From IMG/VR virus record IMGVR_UViG_3300021364_000006: a stretch of 64,000 nucleotides of DNA, one strand, 5' to 3'. Position numbers and translations under genes: made by a program. The first letter of the stretch is position 1. Every line of letters begins with the position of its first letter. The notes under the pieces are model-generated. The model was given only the letters and a program-made list of their open reading frames with translations, was not told where the DNA came from and did no database searches. Below are positions 1 to 9,218 of the stretch, one piece after another. This stretch comes from a virus.

Positions 1-123
1 TCATCAGTAGTATAAGAATAATTACGGTGATCCCGTAACCAAATAGCAATAACGTTCCGCTTGTGTTCAGTAACTTCATAGGAATAGCCTTCGGGTGCTT
101 CATGAATGAAAGTAGGAGGAAGT

Positions 124-324
124 TCAATCAACATTTACCTCCCGCATTTGATTAACAATGGCACTCAGATCATCTGCAACATCAGACATCGCAGAACGTG
201 AATATCCTGTTGCATAAGGATAACCTTGATCTTCATTGTTAGGTGCGTCATTACAAACATTGATCGCAGCATTTAGACGATCAATCATCATTACCAGTTG
301 ATCATCAATAGGGAAAGTGTTCAT
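124..324 (-). CDS. hypothetical phage protein
   Basis: 66-aa ORF in a chain of tightly overlapping minus-strand ORFs. Confidence 0.7.
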   Translation of the reverse strand: MNTFPIDDQLVMMIDRLNAAINVCNDAPNNEDQGYPYATGYSRSAMSDVADDLSAIVNQMREVNVD

Positions 325-515
325 GAGTCGAGAAGAGAAATGTCGTAGGAAGTAAAGTTAGGATATTGTTTTTCCACCCATTTTGATAACTTATTATTCT
401 GTGATTTGATTCCCTTTTGTGTTTTTGGTTTGGTGGGCATGTCTTTTAAGAATGACAAATGCCCTTCGTCCGTTGTTACTTGAATTTTATAAGTTGCTGT
501 TGTGGTTTGCATCAC
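321..515 (-). CDS. hypothetical phage protein
   Basis: 64-aa ORF; stop/start overlaps with both neighbours. Confidence 0.7.
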   Translation of the reverse strand: MMQTTTATYKIQVTTDEGHLSFLKDMPTKPKTQKGIKSQNNKLSKWVEKQYPNFTSYDISLLDS

Positions 516-679
516 CAGATTTCAGTAAAACGTTTGTGAGTTGCTTTGGTCATTCTACCTTCGTTCAACATGTTGTCGCAGACATTGACAAAGACTTGAA
601 ACTTTTGTTCACGGGTGAGAGTATCAGCTCCATCACAATCTTTCATGATTCGGAGCATTTGTGCTTTTGAAGTGATCAT
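512..679 (-). CDS. hypothetical protein (55 aa, MITSKAQMLRIMKDCDG...EIW; not in ORF track)
   Basis: Translated by hand; fills the gap exactly with stop/start overlaps on both sides. Confidence 0.65.
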   Translation of the reverse strand: MITSKAQMLRIMKDCDGADTLTREQKFQVFVNVCDNMLNEGRMTKATHKRFTEIW

Positions 680-909
680 TCGCTCAATGGGGAGAGAGTA
701 CGCCAGGGACCATAATCGTTCAATACAGTATTGTAATCGATCGATTTAATACACCAACCTGATGCAGTTGTGATCTCATCAATTAGATCATCTTCATCAT
801 CCGCTTCCCAAGTTGTTGCCAGGACTTCATCAATTACATCCTGATCATAGTTTTCAACCTCAAAACCATCATCAAAATCAAATTCAATTTGTGTGACTTG
901 GAATTGCAT
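676..909 (-). CDS. acidic hypothetical protein
   Basis: 77-aa ORF directly downstream of an early-type promoter. Confidence 0.7.
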   Translation of the reverse strand: MQFQVTQIEFDFDDGFEVENYDQDVIDEVLATTWEADDEDDLIDEITTASGWCIKSIDYNTVLNDYGPWRTLSPLSE

Positions 910-934
910 TTAGGTGGAATCCTTCAGACAAGGC

Positions 935-989
935 CAGTATAGCGCCTTACAGGCGATTCTAGGGGCAGCCAGGACAGTTCCTCAACTGG
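935..989 (-). promoter_or_regulatory. early-type promoter: TATACT -10 plus upstream CCAGTT-N4-AACTGT palindrome
   Basis: Same arrangement recurs at 1937, 3428 and 7466. Confidence 0.55.
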
Positions 990-1875
990 CCCACCGCTTG
1001 CGTTGGTTGAAGTTTGCTACACTGAAAATCTCACGATCCACGATCTTAGTCATCTCACCATATTCATCAGAGATAACAAACCCTTCCTGCTTCACTTTCA
1101 TGCCATTGATGTAAGCATCTGGAGCATCAGTAATGATCAACGAATCAATGAACTCTTCCTTCATTTCAATCACCATCTGATACAGATTGGCAAGATGAAC
1201 ACAACCAAAGATTTCGGTGAGCAATGCGTCAGTCAAAGGTTTGCCTTCTCTCACGAAAGCATTGATAATTTGCTTACAAACTTTGGCAGTAGCATCATCA
1301 AGAAACTTGATCGCATCAGTGTTGATTTGTGGAACAAGTACGTCATTGATGTGAATACGATCAACGGAAGGCTGAACCCACTTGATCTTCGGATGATTGT
1401 CAAACAGTTGAATCAGTGGAAATGCAGTCATCTCCCGCAGATCTTTTTTGTCATAGCAATCGTAATAGAAAGTATGAGGAGCAATGATCAGTTTTTGAGT
1501 AACAAACTCACGGAACTCATAAGTGATAACATTCTGACCAAACTTGGTGCCATTGCCCCATCCAATAAAATCACCCTGATAGACTTGCTCAGTGCGGGGA
1601 AGATATTTGAAGCAAGTGTGCAGAATCTCTGCAACTTCATCATCATAGAATTGATCAATCTCATCGTGAGAGTGAGCAATACGGATCTTTTTCTTGTTGA
1701 ACACAGCTTTAGTGCCAACAAAGAATTTGCCATTGGCAGGATTGGTTCCCCACACGATTGCAGGAGAACCATCCATCTTCACAGAAACATTCTGTGGATT
1801 GTAAAGAGTTTCGATTGCAGACAGATCACCAGTCAGGATTGAATCTTCGATGTGTTCGATGTGCTTGTTCTGCAT
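982..1875 (-). CDS. conserved phage protein with KxDG motif (DUF6267-like, nucleotidyltransferase/ligase-like)
   Basis: KHIEHIED...SVKMDGSPAIVWG...QGD...EGFV motifs. Confidence 0.6.
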   Translation of the reverse strand: MQNKHIEHIEDSILTGDLSAIETLYNPQNVSVKMDGSPAIVWGTNPANGKFFVGTKAVFNKKKIRIAHSHDEIDQFYDDEVAEILHTCFKYLPRTEQVYQGDFIGWGNGTKFGQNVITYEFREFVTQKLIIAPHTFYYDCYDKKDLREMTAFPLIQLFDNHPKIKWVQPSVDRIHINDVLVPQINTDAIKFLDDATAKVCKQIINAFVREGKPLTDALLTEIFGCVHLANLYQMVIEMKEEFIDSLIITDAPDAYINGMKVKQEGFVISDEYGEMTKIVDREIFSVANFNQRKRWAS

Positions 1876-1897
1876 TGAATCCTTTGGTTACTTGGCT

Positions 1898-1952
1898 AAT
1901 ATACACGGAATAGGGGGCCCCGTCAAGGAGTTTAGTCCAGTTCGGGAATTGG
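1898..1952 (-). promoter_or_regulatory. sigma70-like early promoter TTGACG-N17-TATATT with upstream palindrome
   Basis: Hexamers and 17-nt spacer read directly. Confidence 0.7.
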
Positions 1953-2147
1953 CCTATGACCTAGAACTGCGTCAAGTGCCTCCTGCGCTTTCTTTCCTCT
2001 TTCAATGTGATAATCTCTTAGTTCAATGAGACAATTCCTAAGATCTTTGTAGAATACATCTACATCACAATCACCTTCATTAAGATATTCATCGAGTGAA
2101 TCTGATAAACGTGACTTACGTTGTTCTTCAAACGTAGTGAACGTCAT
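1932..2147 (-). CDS. hypothetical protein (probable start MTFTT)
   Basis: The longer track ORF overlaps a separate small ORF; AAGGA precedes the ATG at 2147. Confidence 0.6.
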   Translation of the reverse strand: MTFTTFEEQRKSRLSDSLDEYLNEGDCDVDVFYKDLRNCLIELRDYHIERGKKAQEALDAVLGHRPIPELD

Positions 2148-2160
2148 TTCCTTGTAATCA

Positions 2161-2277
2161 CTATTTGTTGGATACACATTCATGGGTATGCTCCAGGGTT
2201 TCCATAACACCAGGGATGTAAGGATGTCCAAACTCCCATGCAACGACAGCGATAAATCCGACGATTAGATACTTCAT
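2161..2277 (-). CDS. small membrane/secreted protein (38 aa, MKYLIVGFIAVVAWEF...)
   Basis: Translated by hand; ATGA overlap with upstream gene. Confidence 0.55.
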   Translation of the reverse strand: MKYLIVGFIAVVAWEFGHPYIPGVMETLEHTHECVSNK

Positions 2278-2801
2278 TTGACTAAAAATTGTTCCTCGTA
2301 GTTTAGTAGATCTTGGGGAGCAAGATCCCCAACGTTTCCATCATATTCTACAGCATTTTTCCATTGCTGTCCAACTTTTTCATACAGTTTGATGCCCAGG
2401 TGTCCATACTTTTTGTTAGTTGGCACATAAACTTTGTAATCCACACCATCATTATCCGTCAGCAAGCTTAGTTGCTTGTTTTCAGACTTGGTGACACATA
2501 CTGTAGTTCTTGCTAGATTGAATAGATTCTCAAATACAGTATAATCGGACAGGTACAGATCTGGATTATCCATGATCATCCTGGCGATGAACTGTGGCGA
2601 CAAACAATGATCATTTGTGCGCTCATTTGAGTCATTTAGTGCTGCTTCACTGATCAATCCAGTGTGATTGTATCCAGAACAGAAGACTAGATCATAGTAA
2701 ATGCGTGTGATTGGACGAAAATAGTCGGGATCATTCCACAGCTCCGCGTTGGCGCGGAGTGCATTGAAAGCAGTGCGGCAATAAACTCTCCAATCCTTCA
2801 T
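2274..2801 (-). CDS. hypothetical protein
   Basis: 175-aa ORF in operon-like chain. Confidence 0.75.
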   Translation of the reverse strand: MKDWRVYCRTAFNALRANAELWNDPDYFRPITRIYYDLVFCSGYNHTGLISEAALNDSNERTNDHCLSPQFIARMIMDNPDLYLSDYTVFENLFNLARTTVCVTKSENKQLSLLTDNDGVDYKVYVPTNKKYGHLGIKLYEKVGQQWKNAVEYDGNVGDLAPQDLLNYEEQFLVK

Positions 2802-2989
2802 TTGTTGTCTAGATAAGTTTCAGAATAAGCGAGAGGGTAAATTTCATTTAGAATCTCATTGTATTCTTCATAAAATTTACTAGAGACAATCTGATTTACT
2901 TGTTGTTTGCGAACTGCATCAAAGATAAGTTTCCATTGATGGTGCGAAAGTTCTGGCATTAGTGCTTTGCTGTGCATCTTAGTTATCAT
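2798..2989 (-). CDS. hypothetical protein
   Basis: 63-aa ORF filling the gap between neighbours. Confidence 0.6.
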   Translation of the reverse strand: MITKMHSKALMPELSHHQWKLIFDAVRKQQVNQIVSSKFYEEYNEILNEIYPLAYSETYLDNK

Positions 2990-2992
2990 ACC

Positions 2993-3364
2993 TCAGAGAT
3001 AGAGATAACCGCCTGCCCAATCGGCACGACGAAACATTTCTTCACGGGATTCAATCCGCAAGACATTGTAACGAACATGTTTTGCAGGTGCTTTGACACT
3101 GGCGGGTTTGAAAACATCACCCGTTTTCTTATCAACAAAGGCATGGATAGAACGGGATCCAGCACCAGTTTCCATCCAAACTTTATGATACTTACGGGCA
3201 GTTTCAACGTAGAATTTGTAATCACTTGTTCCGCCATTGTTGCGTCCCTTGAAATCTTGCAGGAGACAATCGCAGAGCATCAAGCAATACTTACGGATGT
3301 TGAGCTCAATGGTGTTTTGTGCATCTTTCTGAGCAGTGTATTCAGCGAAAGACTGGGTTGTCAT
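2993..3364 (-). CDS. conserved phage hypothetical protein (HAFVDKKTGDVFKPASxKAPAK family)
   Basis: Motif common in marine phage early genes; promoter directly upstream. Confidence 0.75.
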   Translation of the reverse strand: MTTQSFAEYTAQKDAQNTIELNIRKYCLMLCDCLLQDFKGRNNGGTSDYKFYVETARKYHKVWMETGAGSRSIHAFVDKKTGDVFKPASVKAPAKHVRYNVLRIESREEMFRRADWAGGYLYL

Positions 3365-3388
3365 GTGGGGAAACCTCTCAACATGGCC

Positions 3389-3443
3389 AATATATCCCGA
3401 ATCAGTGCCAGGGTCAAGGGATCTGTACCAGTTCAGGAACTGG
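3389..3443 (-). promoter_or_regulatory. sigma70-like early promoter TTGACC-N17-TATATT with perfect CCAGTT-N4-AACTGG palindrome
   Basis: Read directly from sequence. Confidence 0.7.
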
Positions 3444-3681
3444 CCTTTTTCTTCCGTGGTTTTCTCTTTGGTTTCTCGGGTGGTTTTAGTGATGGATCTT
3501 TATATCGAACATCAACTTTTAGACGTGGTTTCTTTACTCTATCATATTGTTTTTGCATGTGCTCATGACATTGAAACCATGCTACTCTTGTAATACCTTT
3601 CTCTTTCCATTCCATACGAATAGGGAAAGTTTCCCATGGAAATAGTTCTGCAATCTTATCCTTTGATAATCTAGGCATCAA
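3433..3681 (-). CDS. basic hypothetical protein
   Basis: 82-aa ORF with FPWETFPIRME and WFQC motifs and a Lys-rich tail. Confidence 0.7.
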   Translation of the reverse strand: MMPRLSKDKIAELFPWETFPIRMEWKEKGITRVAWFQCHEHMQKQYDRVKKPRLKVDVRYKDPSLKPPEKPKRKPRKKKASS

Positions 3682-4364
3682 TCTACATCATCACTCTTCA
3701 AATACTTTCTCCTGATCTTATAGGATTTTTCACGAAAATGTGATTCAAGGTTTTCACTAAATTCTTTCAAGTCAGTGTAAACACATTTTGTTTGTGCCTC
3801 GTATCTTTTAGCCATCATATCCCAATATCTCACTTCACGCAAGTCTTCCATATCACGAATCCAAGATTTTGACCAGAATACAACAGCATCTCTTTCACCA
3901 GCCACAACTTCAGATACCATGTGACAAGTTCCAGTTTCATATGTGATGCCCCATCCAGCATCTAATTTAAATCTTTCCTCTTTTTTATCAATCCATAGAC
4001 ACAATTCACCACCAGCATAAGTATCTGGATCATTGAGAAATATAGTAGTGCTAAAGTCACCTAAGTTCCAATGATCATAATGACATCTATAGTAACCACC
4101 AGTAGGAGTTCTTGTAATAAAAGGAGTGCGTGTTGTTCTTGCTATGGTAAAATCAATAAACTCACCATTCTGATCCATCCCCTCATATAAAATTTCAGGA
4201 TTTGATAGTTTAGTTTGAAGATTATTTTTAATAGCCTTACCCTCACATCCAGGTTTGGGTGTATATGATTCTAGGCCGTCATTCCAAGTGCAATACTTAT
4301 ATGAACTCTTAATTTTTTTAATTTGATCTTCATCAAAGAATTTACTAATCAAATAAGACATCAA
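3678..4364 (-). CDS. 2OG-Fe(II) oxygenase, PKHD/PiuC-like
   Basis: HYD...STTIFLNDPDTYAGGEL...H-M-V...R-DAVVFW. Confidence 0.85.
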   Translation of the reverse strand: MMSYLISKFFDEDQIKKIKSSYKYCTWNDGLESYTPKPGCEGKAIKNNLQTKLSNPEILYEGMDQNGEFIDFTIARTTRTPFITRTPTGGYYRCHYDHWNLGDFSTTIFLNDPDTYAGGELCLWIDKKEERFKLDAGWGITYETGTCHMVSEVVAGERDAVVFWSKSWIRDMEDLREVRYWDMMAKRYEAQTKCVYTDLKEFSENLESHFREKSYKIRRKYLKSDDVD

Positions 4365-4918
4365 TTAAACCACGAAACGACAGAATATCTTTCACCAGAA
4401 GTCACAGGAGTGACTTGATGTGGATAAGTATAAGATGACGGAAAAACTACAACTGAACCTTTCTTAAGTTCTTGTGTATGTTGACCGTCAAAAAATTTAA
4501 GTTCACCACCTTCATAACCATCATTTAATGCTAAAATGACAGAACACGTTCTGTGATAGTCAATACCAGCATCAACATGTTGAGAATACTTTCCACCTTC
4601 CAAATATTTTAGAAGAAAGTATCCTTCATCATTTCTTACATCAAAAAATGGAAATCTTTCACTGTATTTTGCTATAGATTTGCTGAATACAGTGTATAAC
4701 GCCTGATCTATATTTTTTTCTGAAGGATATTTGCTAACAGGAATAGTATAGCATACTCTTGACTTAGATCTTACATTATCTTGGGAAGATCCGCTAGTTG
4801 TAGCTTCTTCCCATTTATCGCTTTTCAAATATCTTGCGACAATTTCATCACAAGTATTAGGGTGCATCATATCATCAAAAGAGACAATATAGTCTCTAAG
4901 ATCAAGAGTAAGTTTCAT
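4361..4918 (-). CDS. 2OG-Fe(II) oxygenase (prolyl-4-hydroxylase-like)
   Basis: HVD...LNDGYEGGEL...FPS...HQVTPVTSGERYS. Confidence 0.9.
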   Translation of the reverse strand: MKLTLDLRDYIVSFDDMMHPNTCDEIVARYLKSDKWEEATTSGSSQDNVRSKSRVCYTIPVSKYPSEKNIDQALYTVFSKSIAKYSERFPFFDVRNDEGYFLLKYLEGGKYSQHVDAGIDYHRTCSVILALNDGYEGGELKFFDGQHTQELKKGSVVVFPSSYTYPHQVTPVTSGERYSVVSWFN

Positions 4919-4932
4919 AACGAAAGTGTATA

Positions 4933-5073
4933 TTAGTGAGAGTGAATAACTCCGTTTGCGTGAACGTGTGGAACTACGCTGTTGTATAGATGGAATTGAC
5001 CATGTTGGATGCCAGCACCCAGTAGAGCTCCAGCAACAATTAATGGTGCAAATCGTAAAAATCTCAAAGCCAT
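4933..5073 (-). CDS. small His-rich peptide with hydrophobic N-terminus (46 aa; not in ORF track)
   Basis: MALRFLRFAPLIVAGALLGAGIQHGQFHLYNSVVPHVHANGVIHSH; fills the gap between two oxygenases. Confidence 0.6.
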   Translation of the reverse strand: MALRFLRFAPLIVAGALLGAGIQHGQFHLYNSVVPHVHANGVIHSH

Positions 5074-5102
5074 AGTAGATCGAACGAATGAATCACGATT
5101 AT

Positions 5103-5849
5103 TTAGGACGGATTATCTGTGGAATGTACCCATCCAGTGCAAATATATTTTGTCTCATATTTTGGTGGATAACCCCTGTGGCCATAAGTCCAAGTAGCTG
5201 GGAACATTACCATTGTTCCTTGTTTTGGTTGAACTCTTGTTCCATCACTAAATTCGGTATAACCATCTTCAATAATATCATTCAAATACCAAATAAAAGT
5301 TAGATACCTAGGATATTTCTTTTGATACAAGGAAAAATCATTATGCCAGATATAAAAATCTCCTGGTTTAGTTCTTTGTATCTGATACCCACAATCATAA
5401 AAATTTTTTGCTACTGCATTAAGTCTGAATATGTCACCGAAAGATTGTCCGAATGATGTCATACCATTGATATATTCTTCAATCTTAGGTGTCAAACAAT
5501 CTGCAAATACTTTATCTTCAGATGCCCAATAATCCTTGTCCGTGATAGTAAGATCTACAGATCTCTTAGTATCTCCCCATGCACCAGAGGAAACTTCTCC
5601 TTGATACTTATATGGATCTTCTTCATACTTTCTAATACAATGATCACAAAACTCTGGCTCAAGAACATTATCCCATATTTTGATTAGATCCTTAAATTGA
5701 ACCTTGGGTTCATATGGGTTTTGGTCAACTTCAACCTCAAATAATGCCCGATTGATTTTCTCACCCTTTGAATTTGTGTCAGGTGAGTTTTCATCGTCAG
5801 GATTTGAATCAGGAATGTAGTAATACTTTTCTTTGTCTCTTTCCATCAT
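5103..5849 (-). CDS. 2OG-Fe(II) oxygenase
   Basis: WHND...YLND...GYTEF...FPATWTYGHRG...KYICTGW. Confidence 0.9.
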   Translation of the reverse strand: MMERDKEKYYYIPDSNPDDENSPDTNSKGEKINRALFEVEVDQNPYEPKVQFKDLIKIWDNVLEPEFCDHCIRKYEEDPYKYQGEVSSGAWGDTKRSVDLTITDKDYWASEDKVFADCLTPKIEEYINGMTSFGQSFGDIFRLNAVAKNFYDCGYQIQRTKPGDFYIWHNDFSLYQKKYPRYLTFIWYLNDIIEDGYTEFSDGTRVQPKQGTMVMFPATWTYGHRGYPPKYETKYICTGWVHSTDNPS

Positions 5850-6229
5850 TTGTACTCGTATAGGAACCCATCATTGGTGGTATAATGTACTTTATCTATG
5901 CCTGCTTCTTTGAGTGCTAATGCACAAACTGGACATGGTTTTGCCATACGAAGTTCATCATGATTGTGCCCACCAAGTCTTGCAACTACGATTGTATCAC
6001 ATTCTTCTCTACATTTCACCAAAGCTGCGATCTCGGCATGTAAAAAGATCTTTTCATGCAATCCCACTCGTTCAGCGAACCGTGCCTGTATGGGATGCGT
6101 TTTCGTTTCGATATTTGTGGCAGTTACCACTACTCTACTTTTATTGAGCAAAATAGCACCTACTTGCTTCTTCGATGGTGATGACCTGGCAGTTTCAATC
6201 GCCAGATCGTAGATAGAATCAGACAGCAT
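5846..6229 (-). CDS. Zn-dependent cytidine/dCMP deaminase-superfamily protein
   Basis: HAE and PCPVC catalytic motifs. Confidence 0.85.
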   Translation of the reverse strand: MLSDSIYDLAIETARSSPSKKQVGAILLNKSRVVVTATNIETKTHPIQARFAERVGLHEKIFLHAEIAALVKCREECDTIVVARLGGHNHDELRMAKPCPVCALALKEAGIDKVHYTTNDGFLYEYK

Positions 6230-7404
6230 CAGCGGCGCACCGTGGAGATGGCCGGTTCTCCCTGCTCAAAGACGCAATCAACGACCGCCTGAACGCTTCT
6301 AGCAGTGCCCAGACCCACACGATCATAGACAGGCACACAGACCAGTCCAAACGTCTTCTCAGCGCCGCCCAGACGGATCACACGACCGATTGACTGACTG
6401 ATTCCAATGTAGTCCATGTTACGCATGAACAGAACTGCTTCCAGTCCGTTGACGTTGATACCTTCAGACAGAATAGAGTGGTGCAAAACTACAAACTTCT
6501 TCTCAGGATCTTTGCCCCAAGCGTTCATCGTATCGAAGAACTTATCACGGGTGACTTTCTCACCATCGATGATAGCTCCAGTCTTACTGGTGATATACAT
6601 GCAAGAATAACCACGATCAGCAAGTTGCTGCTGAAAGTCAGACTCACTCAACAGTTTTACAATCTGCTTCGTAGAACGTGCAGCAATCAGAATTTTGTTG
6701 AGAGAGTTGTCATCAATAGTATCAAGCAGATTTGCACAATCAGACTGACGATCTTCACCAGTAGGCAACTCCTGAATCACAACTTTAGGAGGAAGAATAT
6801 AACCTTCTTCAACCAACTTAGGTGCAGGAACATTGCAAATCACCTGACCATAAACCTCAGGATCATTCATCCCAGGTTTTGAAATAGTAAGACTGTGCTT
6901 AGGAGTAGCAGTGAAGAAATAACAACGGCGAGCGTTATTAGCAAAATACTCGGTAGGGCCAAAGAAATTGCGCTGAACAGAGTTGTGCGCTTCATCAAAA
7001 TAAATGGTGTCAACATAGATATTTGCTTCTTGAAGACGACCAAGAGAGTGATAAGTAGTGAAGATTAGTTCATGCACACCAACTGTACGACAGATGGTTT
7101 GGTGCATCTTGATCTGATCAACTTTGGTTGTAGAAGCATTATTAACTTCACCACTATGAACATGCAGAACCTCTGCATTTTTGATGTGCTCAGTAAACTC
7201 TTCCCACAGCTGCACCGCCAGGAGGATGCGGGGAGCAACAATCACAATGGTTTTAGGACGATTGCTCTGCTCAAGTTCAGTCAGAGCGTCCTCAATCATA
7301 CACATGGTCTTGCCACCACCCGTGGGGATGATCACCTGACCTTTGTTGTTGTCCCACATAGCGTTGACAGCATCGGTCTGGTGCGGGCGGAGAGTGATGG
7401 GCAT
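6229..7404 (-). CDS. superfamily II (DEAH) helicase
   Basis: LRPHQ, PTGGGKT, DEAH, TATP, QSIGRVIR; start moved to MPITL, downstream of the promoter. Confidence 0.9.
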   Translation of the reverse strand: MPITLRPHQTDAVNAMWDNNKGQVIIPTGGGKTMCMIEDALTELEQSNRPKTIVIVAPRILLAVQLWEEFTEHIKNAEVLHVHSGEVNNASTTKVDQIKMHQTICRTVGVHELIFTTYHSLGRLQEANIYVDTIYFDEAHNSVQRNFFGPTEYFANNARRCYFFTATPKHSLTISKPGMNDPEVYGQVICNVPAPKLVEEGYILPPKVVIQELPTGEDRQSDCANLLDTIDDNSLNKILIAARSTKQIVKLLSESDFQQQLADRGYSCMYITSKTGAIIDGEKVTRDKFFDTMNAWGKDPEKKFVVLHHSILSEGINVNGLEAVLFMRNMDYIGISQSIGRVIRLGGAEKTFGLVCVPVYDRVGLGTARSVQAVVDCVFEQGEPAISTVRR

Positions 7405-7426
7405 AACCTCTTGCGTTGATGACATA

Positions 7427-7481
7427 ATTATAGCAGAAAAGGGGCCCCTGTGAAGGGCCCCTGAACCAGTTCGCAGATTGG
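7427..7481 (-). promoter_or_regulatory. early-type promoter TTCACA-N16-TATAAT with upstream palindrome variant
   Basis: Read directly from sequence. Confidence 0.55.
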
Positions 7482-7489
7482 CACAGCGA

Positions 7490-8569
7490 TCAATAGTCTT
7501 CCAGACGGATGATCTTGAAGAGACGACGCATTGTTTTGTGAGTCTCATCGAATGGGAGTTGTGGGTAAACTCCAAGGACACGATACTTGCGGTCTTTAGG
7601 TGCCTGAATGTTAATGGCTAGACCACTAGCAGCATAAGTTTTGTTCACAATGTCAAAGCACTCATCATAACGGTCATCGACATACTTGAGCATGTCGGTA
7701 TAACCTTTCTTGATCTTGGAGGGAACTTTGCAAGATGTGTAGAAAACGATGAGAGTTTCCTCAGGAATGTTGCGAGCAATCTTGCTCCATAGACGTGCTT
7801 GGTTAGTGTTACTGGGAGTGGAATATACCTCCAGTTTAGCATGACCAGGAAGGCAAGGTTCACCAGGCCAACAAACATTATTGGGGATGTCTGGAGACTT
7901 TTTCAGGTAAGCAATAACTTCATCCCTGTCAAGTTGAATAACTGCATCTTCACCTCTAACAACACGCTCAAAGATGTCATCAACAAGCATGGGAATCTCT
8001 TTCTCAGAGATAAAGCGTTCTGCCTCAAACTCATTGTAGACCAGATCATAAATGGCGGTCTTTTCGTGCATAATTGCACCAGACTTGATGGCAGCTACAC
8101 CACCTTCAGAAAGATCTTCAAAGGTTGTAGGACGGTTTACGAGACCATCATTAGCGACAAATCCTTCGCTCAGGTTTGCAACGAACTCATCAACAGTTTC
8201 GTCTTCCTGAAATACGAAAATGGCAACTGGAATCCACTCCTCACCAGCAAGAATTGCAGCACGAATCCGTGTACGACCATCACGAATCCTTCCGTCAGTT
8301 CCTACAATAGGCGGGAAGTCATTGTATTTCCAACCAACGCGAGAATAGGAGTGCTTGATCTTCTCATCAGCACGATCCTTGTTTCCGTTGGCACGAATGG
8401 CAGCATTATGTAGCTGCTCATCGGAGTAGTCAAGGTCTCCAATATACATGTAGGAGAACTTAACGAAAACACCACGTTTTGTGTGGTTGTTACATTCTTC
8501 TTGGGACCAGCGACCTTCATAGTTTCCAAGGTCAAGCTCTTGTCCGAATCCTTTTTTAGTTTTGTTCAT
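7490..8569 (-). CDS. protein with ParB/sulfiredoxin-like N-terminal domain
   Basis: PPIVGTDGRIRDGRTRIRAAILAGEEWIPV resembles the ParB DGxxR signature. Confidence 0.55.
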   Translation of the reverse strand: MNKTKKGFGQELDLGNYEGRWSQEECNNHTKRGVFVKFSYMYIGDLDYSDEQLHNAAIRANGNKDRADEKIKHSYSRVGWKYNDFPPIVGTDGRIRDGRTRIRAAILAGEEWIPVAIFVFQEDETVDEFVANLSEGFVANDGLVNRPTTFEDLSEGGVAAIKSGAIMHEKTAIYDLVYNEFEAERFISEKEIPMLVDDIFERVVRGEDAVIQLDRDEVIAYLKKSPDIPNNVCWPGEPCLPGHAKLEVYSTPSNTNQARLWSKIARNIPEETLIVFYTSCKVPSKIKKGYTDMLKYVDDRYDECFDIVNKTYAASGLAINIQAPKDRKYRVLGVYPQLPFDETHKTMRRLFKIIRLEDY

Positions 8570-8632
8570 GAGATGCTAAAAGCAAAGTACCAACCGATTA
8601 AGATGTTTGCTAGAAGCAGGTCTCTCAACCGA

Positions 8633-9148
8633 TTACCTTGTAACTATAACAGGTGGAGCATGTCCTGTCAAGGCCCTGACGTATTCTCTTTCTAGTCTTT
8701 GTCCTAGAACCCTGACACAAAGATCCATACTTACCTGCTGTGGCCTGCCTTTCCACCCATACCATTTAGTTTTTTTCCCTACATTATATGGTGGATTTTG
8801 ATTCACTGACCAGTATTGTTCTGCGGTACAATCATATACAATCTCTCCATGTTGTGCCCACCAATGTTTCTCACCACGATAATCTACACCACTATATGAT
8901 ACCAACTCATCACTATCAATAAGATAGCATAGTGCCTGAGTGGCATGGTAACAATGACCATAGAAACGATTGATACCCTTATCTTTTGGATACATCAACC
9001 TTTTTCCTTTCAAAAGATCTCCAGTCAGATTCTCTTGAATTAAATTTAATACTTCTCCAACATCATCAAGAGACCAGGGCTCAAATTCAAGAACCCTAGT
9101 CTCAAAGATATTATCACCATCATAACGGTGTCTTTCAATAGTCTTCAT
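8633..9148 (-). CDS. hypothetical protein (GHCY...HWW, possible Cys-His catalytic pair)
   Basis: 171-aa ORF with its own promoter. Confidence 0.65.
   Translation of the reverse strand: MKTIERHRYDGDNIFETRVLEFEPWSLDDVGEVLNLIQENLTGDLLKGKRLMYPKDKGINRFYGHCYHATQALCYLIDSDELVSYSGVDYRGEKHWWAQHGEIVYDCTAEQYWSVNQNPPYNVGKKTKWYGWKGRPQQVSMDLCVRVLGQRLEREYVRALTGHAPPVIVTR
8643..8671 (-). promoter_or_regulatory. sigma70-like promoter TTGACA-N17-TATAGT
   Basis: Read directly from sequence. Confidence 0.65.
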
Positions 9149-9184
9149 AAGGCCTAGTATCTCAGATCATCCTGGACAAGCCAG

Positions 9185-9213
9185 ATTCTACACATATTTT
9201 AGATACTTGTCAA
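9185..9213 (-). promoter_or_regulatory. sigma70-like promoter TTGACA-N17-TAGAAT
   Basis: Read directly from sequence. Confidence 0.7.
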
Positions 9214-9218
9214 GTACC

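Noticed and set aside
1003-1842. 279-aa plus-strand ORF
   Set aside because: Antisense shadow of the motif-bearing 982-1875 gene; no recognisable features
2972-3568. 198-aa plus-strand ORF
   Set aside because: Antisense to two real genes and runs across their promoter
7799-8413. 204-aa plus-strand ORF
   Set aside because: Antisense shadow of the ParB-like gene
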